46,287 nt of DNA, taken from Methanothrix sp. GTDB lineage: Archaea > Halobacteriota > Methanosarcinia > Methanotrichales > Methanotrichaceae. Shown in pieces: positions 1-9,106 of this stretch (within the stretch, counting starts at the first letter, position 1; the number at the start of each line of letters is the position of its first letter). The notes beneath the pieces are model-generated. The model was not told where the DNA came from. It did no database searches and was given only the letters and a program-made list of their open reading frames with translations. The stretch lies in NCBI GenBank assembly GCA_040770465.1, contig JAXGJB010000018.1, positions 1 to 46,287 of the forward strand, written 5' to 3'. Both the position numbers and the translations under genes were made by a program.

Positions 1-277
1 CGGACCGATCATATCTTCTAGGACAATCATATAATTTCATTTCGAGAGTATTTAACAACTTCGCGTCTGGTCGCGGTCAGATATGATAGTGAAAGGATAG
101 TGAAAGGTAAAAAGAGGATATGAGATATTGAAAGATGCGGTCGGCCAGAAGCCGGATAGTGGTTTAAAGAAAAGATGGGTGGAGAGGAGATGGCTCGAAG
201 CTCTCCTTTCCCTGCATGCTTTCATGTAATGGATGATCAGATCCTCGAATGAGGATCCGACTCCAGACACGATTTAT

Positions 278-1138
278 TCAATCGACCTCTTTGTCCCCGA
301 AGATCTCCCTTCTCAGAGCGCGGTCCCTGGCGGTCGCCTCCATCTCCAGCTGGGGGATCTGGGTGTAGCCGCCGTTGCGGAGCGACGCCCGGATCTTCTG
401 CAGTAGCCTTGAGCGCGAGATCCTCGGCTCGCGCCTCAGGTGGCTGTTGAGATAGTAGGTGAAGGCGCCGTGGTAGGCGCCATCTATGTAGGCGTCGGCC
501 GAGGTCTGGTTGTCCATGCATCCAGCCCAGAGGATCTGGGACTTAGCTCCCCGTTCTTCGATCCCCTTCTTGAACCCCCTCTGCTTCAATAGGTCGATAT
601 CATCTGCGAACCTGAACTCGATGTCCACGGGTGGCGGGAGGAACCGGTTCATCGTCGGGTTGGGTGGAGCCAGCTCCGGCGGCGGAGTGAGACCACCGAT
701 CTCTTTCAGTCCAGTCCCCGAGTGGCAGCAGTCCAGGAAGACCTCCAGGAGGACGCCGTCGGGAAGGGTGGTGAAGATCTTGTTCAGATCGTCGTCGACG
801 ATGAAGGTCCCGTCCCAGTTCATGTCGTAGGGGCAGAGGATCTCGTCGAGGCCGTCGGAGAGCTCGTCGCCGTCTCTGTCCCTGATCTGGGACCCGTGAC
901 CGGAGAAGTGGAAGACGAGGAAGTCCCCCGGTTTTGCGCCTTTGACCAGCCACTGGAGCCTCGATATTATGTTGGCCTTGGTGGCTCTGGAGTCAGTCAG
1001 AACCCTGATGTTCGCCGTCTCGAACCGAAATAGGCTTCGAAGGGTGAAGTGCATGTCTTTGACGTCGTTGATGCATCCGCCGAGGTCGTTGATGCTTTTA
1101 TAATCGTTAATTCCCACCAGCACTGCCTTTTTGACCAT
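278..1138 (-). CDS. Metacaspase / peptidase C14 family protein
   Basis: KAVLVGINDY..LGGCINDV N-terminus; catalytic dyad motifs FSGHGS and DCCHSG; C-terminal QTSADA..GAFT..QIPQL. Confidence 0.93.
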   Translation of the reverse strand: MVKKAVLVGINDYKSINDLGGCINDVKDMHFTLRSLFRFETANIRVLTDSRATKANIISRLQWLVKGAKPGDFLVFHFSGHGSQIRDRDGDELSDGLDEILCPYDMNWDGTFIVDDDLNKIFTTLPDGVLLEVFLDCCHSGTGLKEIGGLTPPPELAPPNPTMNRFLPPPVDIEFRFADDIDLLKQRGFKKGIEERGAKSQILWAGCMDNQTSADAYIDGAYHGAFTYYLNSHLRREPRISRSRLLQKIRASLRNGGYTQIPQLEMEATARDRALRREIFGDKEVD

Positions 1139-1801
1139 ATCTCACATCTCCACTGATTTTTATATATCGATCTGGTGCTTCTCCAGGAGGAAAATGAAGG
1201 AAATAAACTCAAATTTTTGCGCCTCCAAGGATTTATTTTAGTTTCGAAGATATATGATATATTTTTATATCATCCCCAGCATACATTTATCATAAGGCGG
1301 TCTGCACGCGGATGGATAATCGGGATTTCCATGATCCATAGATCGATTCTAGGATCGATCATCCCCCATGATCCTACGCTTACAGGCCTCATCTTCCTCA
1401 TCTTTGTTACCTTTCTACTAGATATAGATTTCTGAAAGTAATCCTGGACGAAGGGGGTGAGGTTCGCCATGTAATATCCGATGTAAATCTGAACCTGGTC
1501 AAGAAAACGACTTAAGGATTGTTGTGTATTCAGAATGGATGATTGAACTTCGAAAGGCAAGGGACTCCTGAAGAGAAGGAAGGCTATAAACAGATGAATC
1601 TGTTGGAATTCGAATAGCTAATGAACATCGCGAACATGCCCCGCTGCTTGCAGCGGGGTGCGATGTTTGACTCATGAGAGTCCTCCGATGATATTGATAA
1701 TGTTACGGTTACCACCAACTCGTTGACGAAAGACCCCATTGATAGCAATTCGTCCCCAATCCGAAAGGCAAGCGGCGAAATCCGAATTAACGCCGGTAGT
1801 C

Positions 1802-2260
1802 TCATCCATCCCAAGGCATCGAGCCTTCGACGGACTTCGTGTACTCCTCCTTGGAGCCTCCTTTCATCTTCTTCAGCGTCTCTTTCAGCTTTTGGCCGTG
1901 ATCTGCGAGCCAGTCGAAGTTGGCGCAAGCTTCGAGCTCGCCGCAAAGGCTGCATAGATCGAGCCCTTTATCCCGAGCGCAGACCCTGATGGGGCAGTCC
2001 GGGGGTCCTCCTCCGCTCTCGCACCCGGCGCAAGAGGCGTACTTGGTCATCCACTCCAGCCCCCCCGCCACCTCAGCCCAGTCGACCTTTCCTCCCTCCT
2101 CTGAGACAAATGGTGCCCACTCAGGGATCTTGCAGCTCCTGATGAACTCCATAGTCTGGCCTGCTGTCTTTGCGATGGTGCCGCTGCCGAGAGGACAGCT
2201 CTTGCAGACGATCCCACAGGGACCGACCTGACCCTCTATTTTATCCGTTTCGATCTTCAT
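1802..2260 (-). CDS. Cys-rich DUF3795-like putative metal/Fe-S-binding protein
   Basis: CGIVCKSCP, CAGC, CPIRVC..K..DLCSLC...C pattern; TATA-like AT tract upstream (about 2275-2295). Confidence 0.78.
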   Translation of the reverse strand: MKIETDKIEGQVGPCGIVCKSCPLGSGTIAKTAGQTMEFIRSCKIPEWAPFVSEEGGKVDWAEVAGGLEWMTKYASCAGCESGGGPPDCPIRVCARDKGLDLCSLCGELEACANFDWLADHGQKLKETLKKMKGGSKEEYTKSVEGSMPWDG

Positions 2261-2448
2261 AGCATGAGAGTTTCATTTAAAACTATTTATATGTGATGAT
2301 CAAGAATCTCGATGATATCCTGACCCGCAACTGACCCAATCCCATGGAAAAGTCCATTCCGCTAATTACTGGCCCAATTGCATGGAAAAATCAGTCCCGT
2401 GAATTCCTGACCTGGGATCGTCAATAAGGTCGAGAGTCCGATTTGAAA

Positions 2449-2637
2449 CGAAGTAATCAGCCCTTTTATTACTTCGGGAGCGCAGAGGGTCACGAATACC
2501 CCCCAACCTTTAGGTTGGGGATGAAGTGGACCATCGCCCGTTTTTCGTGCTCCTTTAAATCGATAAAACATTAGTGACTGTTCATGGAATCCGGGCAACA
2601 ACGACTTGACTATTTCTGAATTCCGGAAAAACGGGCG
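2449..2637. mobile_element. Putative IS200/IS605-family end remnant (non-autonomous, hairpin-rich)
   Basis: Hairpin CCCCAACC-TTTA-GGTTGGGG (2501-2520) in GAATAC...GATGAAGTG context resembling IS200/IS605 subterminal palindromes; further inverted repeats 2449-2457/2468-2476 and 2535-2546/2626-2637; no transposase. Confidence 0.5.
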
Positions 2638-2689
2638 CACGCTGTTTGATTTCAGCATCCCACTGGATCCGAGATACTCTCCTGACCGC

Positions 2690-3910
2690 TCATCTCTTTC
2701 CGATCCATCTGCCGTCCTCGTCGTAGTTCATCGACCGCTCCCACCCCGCAGCCCTCCAGACGGCGTCGAAGGCCGGCCTCAATACCTCCTCGGGGGAGTA
2801 CTCGAAGCTCTCCACCATAATCTCGGGGATGAGGAGGGCGTCCCGGTCGATCCTGACGTCTTTTTGCAGAACGGGCACGGACCTCGGCCCGTCGACCTGC
2901 ATGAACCCCCCTTTGACCCCAAGGAGGCTGAGCATCACGAAGACCGGGGGCTCGACCCCGAGGTGCTCCTGGATTTTGGTGTACCTGGGAAGCGCCTCCA
3001 GGAGGGTCTCCTCGTACCTCACGCCGGGGATCGCCAGTTCACCTTCGCCCTCGCCCTCGCCATCGGCTTCGCCTTCGGCTACGGATCCGCCGAGGATGAA
3101 GGAGTCGGCGGCCTCGACGATCCCGCCGACGTAGACCTGGGCGTAGGACCCCCGGTCGTCGTAGGTGAGAAGGCCGTCGAAGTTGTACCTCCAGCCCGAG
3201 AATAGGCCCGTCAGGGGGAGGGGGAGGGTGCCTTTGCCGCTTTTGTACCTCTGGACGAGGGAGGAGACGTCGAACCGCGAGGCTGGCTCGAATGCCCCGA
3301 AGGGGACGACCGAAAAAACGATCTTGGGGCCGTCGTTCAACGGCGCCGGGGTCTCCCCCGCCACGATCTTCGCCAGGGTCTCGGCCCGGAAGCTCCTGAT
3401 ACTCTCGGCGGCGGTCCCGGTGAGGGAGAAGGCGGTCCTTATCTCGAAGACGTCGAGGGGATACTTTCCGGCTGAGTTCCGAGAGTAGAACTTGGATGCC
3501 CCCTTGGTGATCATGTGGGGGCGGGCCCAGCTCTTTGGGACTCGGACGACGATGACAACCCTACCCCCGCCAAGGGGGACGGCCCTCATCGATATCCCGG
3601 GTATCCGCGGGGCGATCCCAGTCTGGACCATCGACTCGAGCCGGAGGATCTCATGGTCAGGATCGATCCCCGAGAGGCCGGGGATCTGCACGGGAACGCC
3701 GTTCTCCTCGGCTACTCCGTAGACGAGGTGGCCTCCAGCGGCGTTGGCAAAGGAGGTGACGTCCCGGAGAAACTCCCTCTTCTCCAGGTCCGAGGGCCCC
3801 GGAAGACGCCTCTTGTAGTCGATGACCTTGCTCTCCTGGACCTCGTCATCCAGAAGGGCGAGGATATCGGTCTCATCCAGAAGGTCGAGGGGTTTGCTTT
3901 CGAGGGTCAT
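2690..3910 (-). CDS. Schlafen/AlbA_2 domain protein with uncharacterised C-terminal domain
   Basis: ESKVIDYK...REFLRDVTSFANAAGGHLVYGVAE, PHM, YSRNSAGK motifs; start moved to ATG 3910 because the longer ORF overlaps the divergent glucokinase. Confidence 0.85.
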   Translation of the reverse strand: MTLESKPLDLLDETDILALLDDEVQESKVIDYKRRLPGPSDLEKREFLRDVTSFANAAGGHLVYGVAEENGVPVQIPGLSGIDPDHEILRLESMVQTGIAPRIPGISMRAVPLGGGRVVIVVRVPKSWARPHMITKGASKFYSRNSAGKYPLDVFEIRTAFSLTGTAAESIRSFRAETLAKIVAGETPAPLNDGPKIVFSVVPFGAFEPASRFDVSSLVQRYKSGKGTLPLPLTGLFSGWRYNFDGLLTYDDRGSYAQVYVGGIVEAADSFILGGSVAEGEADGEGEGEGELAIPGVRYEETLLEALPRYTKIQEHLGVEPPVFVMLSLLGVKGGFMQVDGPRSVPVLQKDVRIDRDALLIPEIMVESFEYSPEEVLRPAFDAVWRAAGWERSMNYDEDGRWIGKR

Positions 3911-4028
3911 GGCACCATATTTTAGATGAGCCCAGGAGGATTTAGGGGTTGCGGATCTGGATATCTGCGGAAGGTTTTTTGCGGCAGAATCCAAAATGAG
4001 AACGAGCGGCTCAGGAGCGGAACGGAAG

Positions 4029-5108
4029 ATGAAGACTAGAATCCACCAGAGAGAAGTGAAGCCGGAGAAGTACGACGGCTTCGTCATCGGTGGCGACGTC
4101 GGCGGGACCCACACCAACATCGCCGTCGCCGGAGCAAAGGACGGCACTGCGACCCTCCTCTACTCAGCCCACTTCGATAGCAGAAAGCTCAAATCTCTCG
4201 TCCCGGCTTTGAGGGAGGCCCTCGACTACGGCCGAGAGAGTTACGGGATCGAGGTGGACCGGGGGGTTGCAGGGGTAGCGGGAGCCGTGACTGACTGCAG
4301 CCGAATAAAGCCCACAAACCTCCCCTGGGTGGTGGACGCGGAAGAGATCAAGAGGGAGTTCGGGTTTGAAAATTTCAGGATAACCAACGACTTTCAGATC
4401 ATCGGCTGGGGGATATCCTCCCTCAAAGAGGGTGACCTCTTCGAGGCAAAAGCGGGATATCCGGGGTTTGGCGATACCAGGGCCGTCATCGGGGCCGGGA
4501 CGGGCCTTGGAAAATCGATCCTCTTATTCGACGGCAGACGGTATATTCCGATTCCCAGCGAGGGGGGGCACGCAGACTTTCCGGCCATCGACCGGTTCGA
4601 ACTGGAGCTGGCGGATTTCGTCCGAGACGGGCGGAAGACCCCCGCCAGCTACGAGGAACTCCTCTCGGGCCGGGGGATCGAGAGGATCTACGATTTTCTG
4701 AGGGAAAGGCAGGGAGGGACTGAAAAGACGGGTGAGATCGAGGAGGCCGAGAATAAAGCCGCCGAAATCTCAAAGCACAGAAAGACCGACCACCTCTGCC
4801 GCGAGACCTTCAGGATCTACGCGAAGATCTACGGCAGGTGCGCGAAGAACTTCGTTCTGGAGGCGCTCGCCACCGGCGGCCTCTACATCGCGGGCGGGAT
4901 CGCCGCCAAGAACAGGGAGATCTTCGTCTCCCCGGAGTTTCAGGCCGAGTTTCTGAACGCAGAAAAGCAGCGGGATCTTCTGGAGATGACGCCGGTTCGT
5001 GTCATAACAAACTACGACGTAAGCATCATCGGGGCGTGCAACGCCGCCGTCGCGTCGTTCGAGGAGTGCCCCTCAGATGCCCATTCATTTGACTCGTGCC
5101 TTCTTTAA
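4029..5108 (+). CDS. glk: ATP-dependent glucokinase (bacterial Glk family)
   Basis: GDVGGTH, GVAGAV, TNLPW, NDF, GAGTGLG, SEGGH, EELLSGRG, GGLYIAGGIA motifs; alternative start 3996. Confidence 0.88.
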   Translation: MKTRIHQREVKPEKYDGFVIGGDVGGTHTNIAVAGAKDGTATLLYSAHFDSRKLKSLVPALREALDYGRESYGIEVDRGVAGVAGAVTDCSRIKPTNLPWVVDAEEIKREFGFENFRITNDFQIIGWGISSLKEGDLFEAKAGYPGFGDTRAVIGAGTGLGKSILLFDGRRYIPIPSEGGHADFPAIDRFELELADFVRDGRKTPASYEELLSGRGIERIYDFLRERQGGTEKTGEIEEAENKAAEISKHRKTDHLCRETFRIYAKIYGRCAKNFVLEALATGGLYIAGGIAAKNREIFVSPEFQAEFLNAEKQRDLLEMTPVRVITNYDVSIIGACNAAVASFEECPSDAHSFDSCLL

Positions 5109-5113
5109 CAAAG

Positions 5114-6571
5114 TCAAGCGACCCCTTTGCAAAGCTCCCCCCGCTCCAGATCCTCCTTGAAGTAGTCCCGGGGCGTCTTCAGCCTCAAGAGGAGGCCGAG
5201 CTTTCTCTTGGCATAGAAGGGGACGAGCCTCAAGGTCTCCCGCAGGAACCACTTGGGGTAGAGCCTCTTGATCTTGGTGTACCTGAACCACGCGAGGTCG
5301 TAGTACCGGGCGTTCATCTCCCAGGTGATGTACTGGACTTCTTCGGCGGTGAGGTGCTTTGTGTTCAGGTTCGCGTGGAGGCCGTCATAGAACCGGTAGT
5401 CGTCGCAGGCGATCAGCCCCATTCCTTCGAGCTCTTCCCGCATCTCCGTCTTGGGGTAGGGGGTGCTGATGTAAAATATCGGTATGTCGACTTTCAGCTT
5501 TCTTGCAAGCTCGAAGTTCGACCAGAGGTCCTCGGCGTCGTCCTCGGGGTTTCCGCCGATGAGGCCCGCGGAGACGATGATGTCGTTATCGTGCATGTAC
5601 TCGACCGCCTTGTCGGCGTTGTCGGACATCTTCCCCTTGCCGAGGAACTTGAGGTTCTCGCGGCTTGTGTTCTCGATCCCCAGAAATACGCCGTCAAAAC
5701 CGGCTCGCGCCATCTTCTCGACGAGCCTCCGGCTCGACCCGATCCCCCGGGCCGAGGCCTGGACCTTGTACTTGAGGTGGTCGAGGCCCGCATCGACGAT
5801 GGCGTCGCAGAGCCGTTCCATCCGTTTTACGTCAAGGGTCATGTTGTCGTCGGGAAAGAAGATCGATTCTGCGCCGTGGGCCTCGGCGTCCCGGATGTCG
5901 TCGAGGATCCGATCGAAGGGGTACCTCCGGAAGGAGCGGCCGTACATGTGCTGGATGGAGCAGAACTTGCAGCCGTTGGTGCAGCCCCGGCTCGTCTCGA
6001 CGGAATCGATGGGGATGCCGAAGCTCTGAAATCCGGTGGTGATCAGCCGACAGTCGCGGTTCGGCATTTTGATCTCCGAGACGTCGAGGACGGGCCTTGG
6101 GGGGTTATGGACCATCTTGTCCCCTTGCCAGTACGATAGGCCCTTCACCTCGCCGAGGTCGCGGCCTTCGTCGATCGCCTCGATCAGTTCGCGGAAGGTC
6201 GCCTCACCCTCGCCCCGGACGACGTAGTCGGCGAGCCTGCCCTCCTCGCTCTCGGCGATCTCGTCGTAGTTGAGGGTGGGGTGGTAGCCGCCGAAGACCG
6301 TCTCGGCGCCGCTCTCCTTCGCCATTTTGGCGAGGGGGAGCATGGCGTGGTACTGAAAGCTCATGCAGCTCAGGCCGACGAGGTCGTATCCGTTCCTCAA
6401 GACACCTTCGAGATACTCCGTTGGCCTCTTAGTCGCGTGGAGGTCGGCGACGTGAACGGTGCAGATGTCGTCGACGTTTCCGGCGATGGAGACTAGGCCG
6501 TAGTTCGGGATCCTCGCTATCCGGTCGAAGTCGGGCTGGACGACCGGCGAGGAGAGGAGGAGGACCTTCAT
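5114..6571 (-). CDS. Cobalamin-binding (class B) radical SAM protein
   Basis: N-terminal B12-binding domain (GLS..SFQ, GGYHPT, RGEGE); ETSRGCTNGCKFC CxxxCxxC; TPYPKT. Confidence 0.9.
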   Translation of the reverse strand: MKVLLLSSPVVQPDFDRIARIPNYGLVSIAGNVDDICTVHVADLHATKRPTEYLEGVLRNGYDLVGLSCMSFQYHAMLPLAKMAKESGAETVFGGYHPTLNYDEIAESEEGRLADYVVRGEGEATFRELIEAIDEGRDLGEVKGLSYWQGDKMVHNPPRPVLDVSEIKMPNRDCRLITTGFQSFGIPIDSVETSRGCTNGCKFCSIQHMYGRSFRRYPFDRILDDIRDAEAHGAESIFFPDDNMTLDVKRMERLCDAIVDAGLDHLKYKVQASARGIGSSRRLVEKMARAGFDGVFLGIENTSRENLKFLGKGKMSDNADKAVEYMHDNDIIVSAGLIGGNPEDDAEDLWSNFELARKLKVDIPIFYISTPYPKTEMREELEGMGLIACDDYRFYDGLHANLNTKHLTAEEVQYITWEMNARYYDLAWFRYTKIKRLYPKWFLRETLRLVPFYAKRKLGLLLRLKTPRDYFKEDLERGELCKGVA

Positions 6572-6575
6572 GGTA

Positions 6576-7961
6576 TCATCTCACCCCCGACTCCAAAAAC
6601 CACGGCTTCTCGGGGTTGAAGTCGAACCGGTTCGCCCGGGAGACGTAGGATGCCACCTCCTTCATCCCCGAGACCCCCGCGTACCGATAGGCGTTCGCCC
6701 AGACCCTGAAGCTCGTCCGCAAGGGCGTCATCCGGTTGTAGACCCGCTTCAATGACCAGTTCAAAACCTCCTCCATCTCCGCGGGCGGGATGTTGGGGTG
6801 GTTCCAGACCAGGTGCTTCATGTCGAACCGGTGCCAGTCCCGCTCGAAGATCCCGTACCCTTCGTCCAGCTCGTCCCAGAGCTTCGTCTGGGGCAGCGGC
6901 GTCATGATGCAGATCTGGGTTATGTCGAGCTTGAGGTTCGCGAGGTCGGTGATGTCCTTTTTGAGGGACTGCTTGGTGTCCTCGGGAAAACCGATCATGT
7001 AGTAGCCGACGGTCCCAAACCCGTACTTCTGCAGAAGGCGGACCGTCTCCAGGACGTCCTCGGTCCCCTCCTTCTTGTTGATGTCGTCGAGCTTATCCTG
7101 GTGGAGGTTCTCGATCCCGATGGCAGCCCCCGCAAAGCCCTTGACGTGGCGGGGCTTCTTTCCCGTGACCGGGTCGGGCCTCGACCTCATCTCGGCCCAT
7201 TCGGGGATCTTTTTACGCAAATAGTCGGCCCGAGCCATGCACCCCCAGACCATCCCGTACTCGTCCAGCAGGTCGACGACCCGGTCGGCGTGGCGGCGGT
7301 TCGCGCCGAAGTTCTCGTCCTCGATCAGAACGACGTTGATCTCGTGGTCCTTGTAGTAGGAGATGACCCGCTCCAGGCTCTCCAGGGGGACGGGATGAGG
7401 CCGGTTACAGAACTTCGGTGTCTGGCAGAATTTGCAGCCGACGCCGCAGCCCCTGGTGGTGAACATGATCCCGTAGATGTTCAGCTTCTTGTTGAAGGGA
7501 GTTCCCAGGTACTCGATCAGCGGCGGGTGCAAAACCTGGTTCTGCTCGATCTTCCGGCCGAAGTAGGGGGCGACCGTCCCCTCGGCGTACCCCTCGAAGA
7601 TCCGATCGAATTTGTCCTGGATCTGGGGCGTCAGGGCGCCGTAGTTTCCTGCCCAAAGCTCTCCCACCGCGCCGGAGGCCCGGGCCGCCTCCACCATCTC
7701 CAGGATCTCGCAGGTCTCGTTCAGGTAGAAGGAGAAGCCTACGACGTCCCATCCCTCGGCGAGCTTCTTTTTGTACTCCTCGAAGGTGGGGTACTCCAAA
7801 ATCTCGATCTCGGGGATGTTCTGCTTGAGGAAGCGCAGGCCGAAGGACTGGAGCCGGGGCCAGTAGAACCGAAACCACTTGGAGCGGGCGTTGGAGCCTA
7901 TGTAATCGTAGGGCTCGGGATCGTTTTTGTAAACCGTGGTGAAGAGGACTTTGGGGGGCAT
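6576..7961 (-). CDS. Radical SAM protein with divergent B12-binding-like N-terminal domain
   Basis: TRGCGVGCKFC; DENFG; TPLPQT; N-terminal WDVVGFSF..WAGNYGA; 4 bp gap to the downstream radical SAM gene. Confidence 0.88.
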   Translation of the reverse strand: MPPKVLFTTVYKNDPEPYDYIGSNARSKWFRFYWPRLQSFGLRFLKQNIPEIEILEYPTFEEYKKKLAEGWDVVGFSFYLNETCEILEMVEAARASGAVGELWAGNYGALTPQIQDKFDRIFEGYAEGTVAPYFGRKIEQNQVLHPPLIEYLGTPFNKKLNIYGIMFTTRGCGVGCKFCQTPKFCNRPHPVPLESLERVISYYKDHEINVVLIEDENFGANRRHADRVVDLLDEYGMVWGCMARADYLRKKIPEWAEMRSRPDPVTGKKPRHVKGFAGAAIGIENLHQDKLDDINKKEGTEDVLETVRLLQKYGFGTVGYYMIGFPEDTKQSLKKDITDLANLKLDITQICIMTPLPQTKLWDELDEGYGIFERDWHRFDMKHLVWNHPNIPPAEMEEVLNWSLKRVYNRMTPLRTSFRVWANAYRYAGVSGMKEVASYVSRANRFDFNPEKPWFLESGVR

Positions 7962-8079
7962 AGTCGGCTTTTGCCCTGCGATCGAAGATTAAGGTTACGA
8001 TTCTGATCTGACCCTCTCTCCGACCTCTGGCTCGCACCTACGCAAACCTATAAACCCCCTCCCTCATTCATCCTCCCTC

Positions 8080-9105
8080 ATGGATGGTCCAGCCATCGCC
8101 ACCAGCGGTCTCACCATGCGGTTCAACGGATTTACCGCCGTCGACGGGGTCGACCTCAACATCGAGAAGGGAGAGCTCTTCGGCCTCCTAGGCCCGAACG
8201 GCGCGGGAAAGAGCACCATCATCAAGATGCTGACCACGATGCTCCGGCCGACGGCCGGAAGCGCCGCCGTCTGGGGCTTCGACATCGGCCGGGAGAGGGA
8301 CGCGGTCAGAAACTCCATCGGCGTCGTCTTCCAGGACCCGTCCGTCGACAGCCAGCTATCGGGCCGGGAGAACCTGGACTTTCACGGCCGGATGTACGGG
8401 ATGGACCGAAAGACCCGCGAGGCGAGGGTCGCCGAGGTCCTGGAGCTGGTGGACCTGACCGAGAAGGCGAATGTGCTGATGGAGGACTACTCCGGCGGGA
8501 TGCAGAGGAGGCTTGAGATCGCCCGGGGGCTGATGCACCACCCTCACGTCCTCTTCCTCGACGAGCCGACTTTGGGCCTTGACGCACAGACCCGGAGGTA
8601 CATCTGGCGATACATCCTGAAGATGAACCAGGAGGAGGGGGTCACCGTCGTCCTGACGACTCACTACATGGAGGAGGCAGACCACCTCTGCGAGAGGGTC
8701 GCCATCATCGACCAGGGGAAGATCGTTGCCCTGGACACGCCGGAGAACCTCAAAGACCTGATCGGGGCGGACATCGTCACCCTGGAGGTGGAGGGCGGGA
8801 TCGGCGATGAGCAGGTCGGGGCCTTCTCGAAGTTCGATGGGGTCGAGGAGGTCGAAGTCGTCGAGGCGGTCGACCAGTCAGGCTCGATCCTCGACCTCAG
8901 CGTCGACCGCGGAGAGGCCCGGATCCCCGAGATCGTCCTTTCCGCCTGCAGGGTCGGTGTGAAGATAAGATCGGTCAGCATGCACGAGCCGACCCTCGAA
9001 GACGTCTTCCTCAAGTTCACGGGCAAAAAGATCCGGGGGGCGGAGTCGGCCGGCGCCGGCCGGATGGCGGCGGTCCAGAGCAGGATGAGGACCAGGAGGC
9101 ACTGA
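8080..9105 (+). CDS. ABC exporter ATP-binding subunit (DrrA/NodI-like)
   Basis: GPNGAGKS, YSGGM, LFLDEPT, TTHY, C-terminal PTLEDVF. Confidence 0.93.
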   Translation: MDGPAIATSGLTMRFNGFTAVDGVDLNIEKGELFGLLGPNGAGKSTIIKMLTTMLRPTAGSAAVWGFDIGRERDAVRNSIGVVFQDPSVDSQLSGRENLDFHGRMYGMDRKTREARVAEVLELVDLTEKANVLMEDYSGGMQRRLEIARGLMHHPHVLFLDEPTLGLDAQTRRYIWRYILKMNQEEGVTVVLTTHYMEEADHLCERVAIIDQGKIVALDTPENLKDLIGADIVTLEVEGGIGDEQVGAFSKFDGVEEVEVVEAVDQSGSILDLSVDRGEARIPEIVLSACRVGVKIRSVSMHEPTLEDVFLKFTGKKIRGAESAGAGRMAAVQSRMRTRRH

Positions 9106-9106
9106 T

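Noticed and set aside
1175-1560. Short ORFs and a GATCGAT palindrome between the metacaspase and DUF3795 genes
   Set aside because: No motif, SD or codon support; GATC-rich palindromes are frequent in this sequence
3911-4147. N-terminal extension of the AlbA_2 ORF
   Set aside because: Overlaps the divergent glucokinase; the domain begins after Met at 3910
5096-8006. Long + strand ORFs (347 and 402 aa) and similar shadows elsewhere (e.g. 21515..22891, 43054..44460)
   Set aside because: Antisense or frame shadows of GC3-rich real genes with no recognisable motifs
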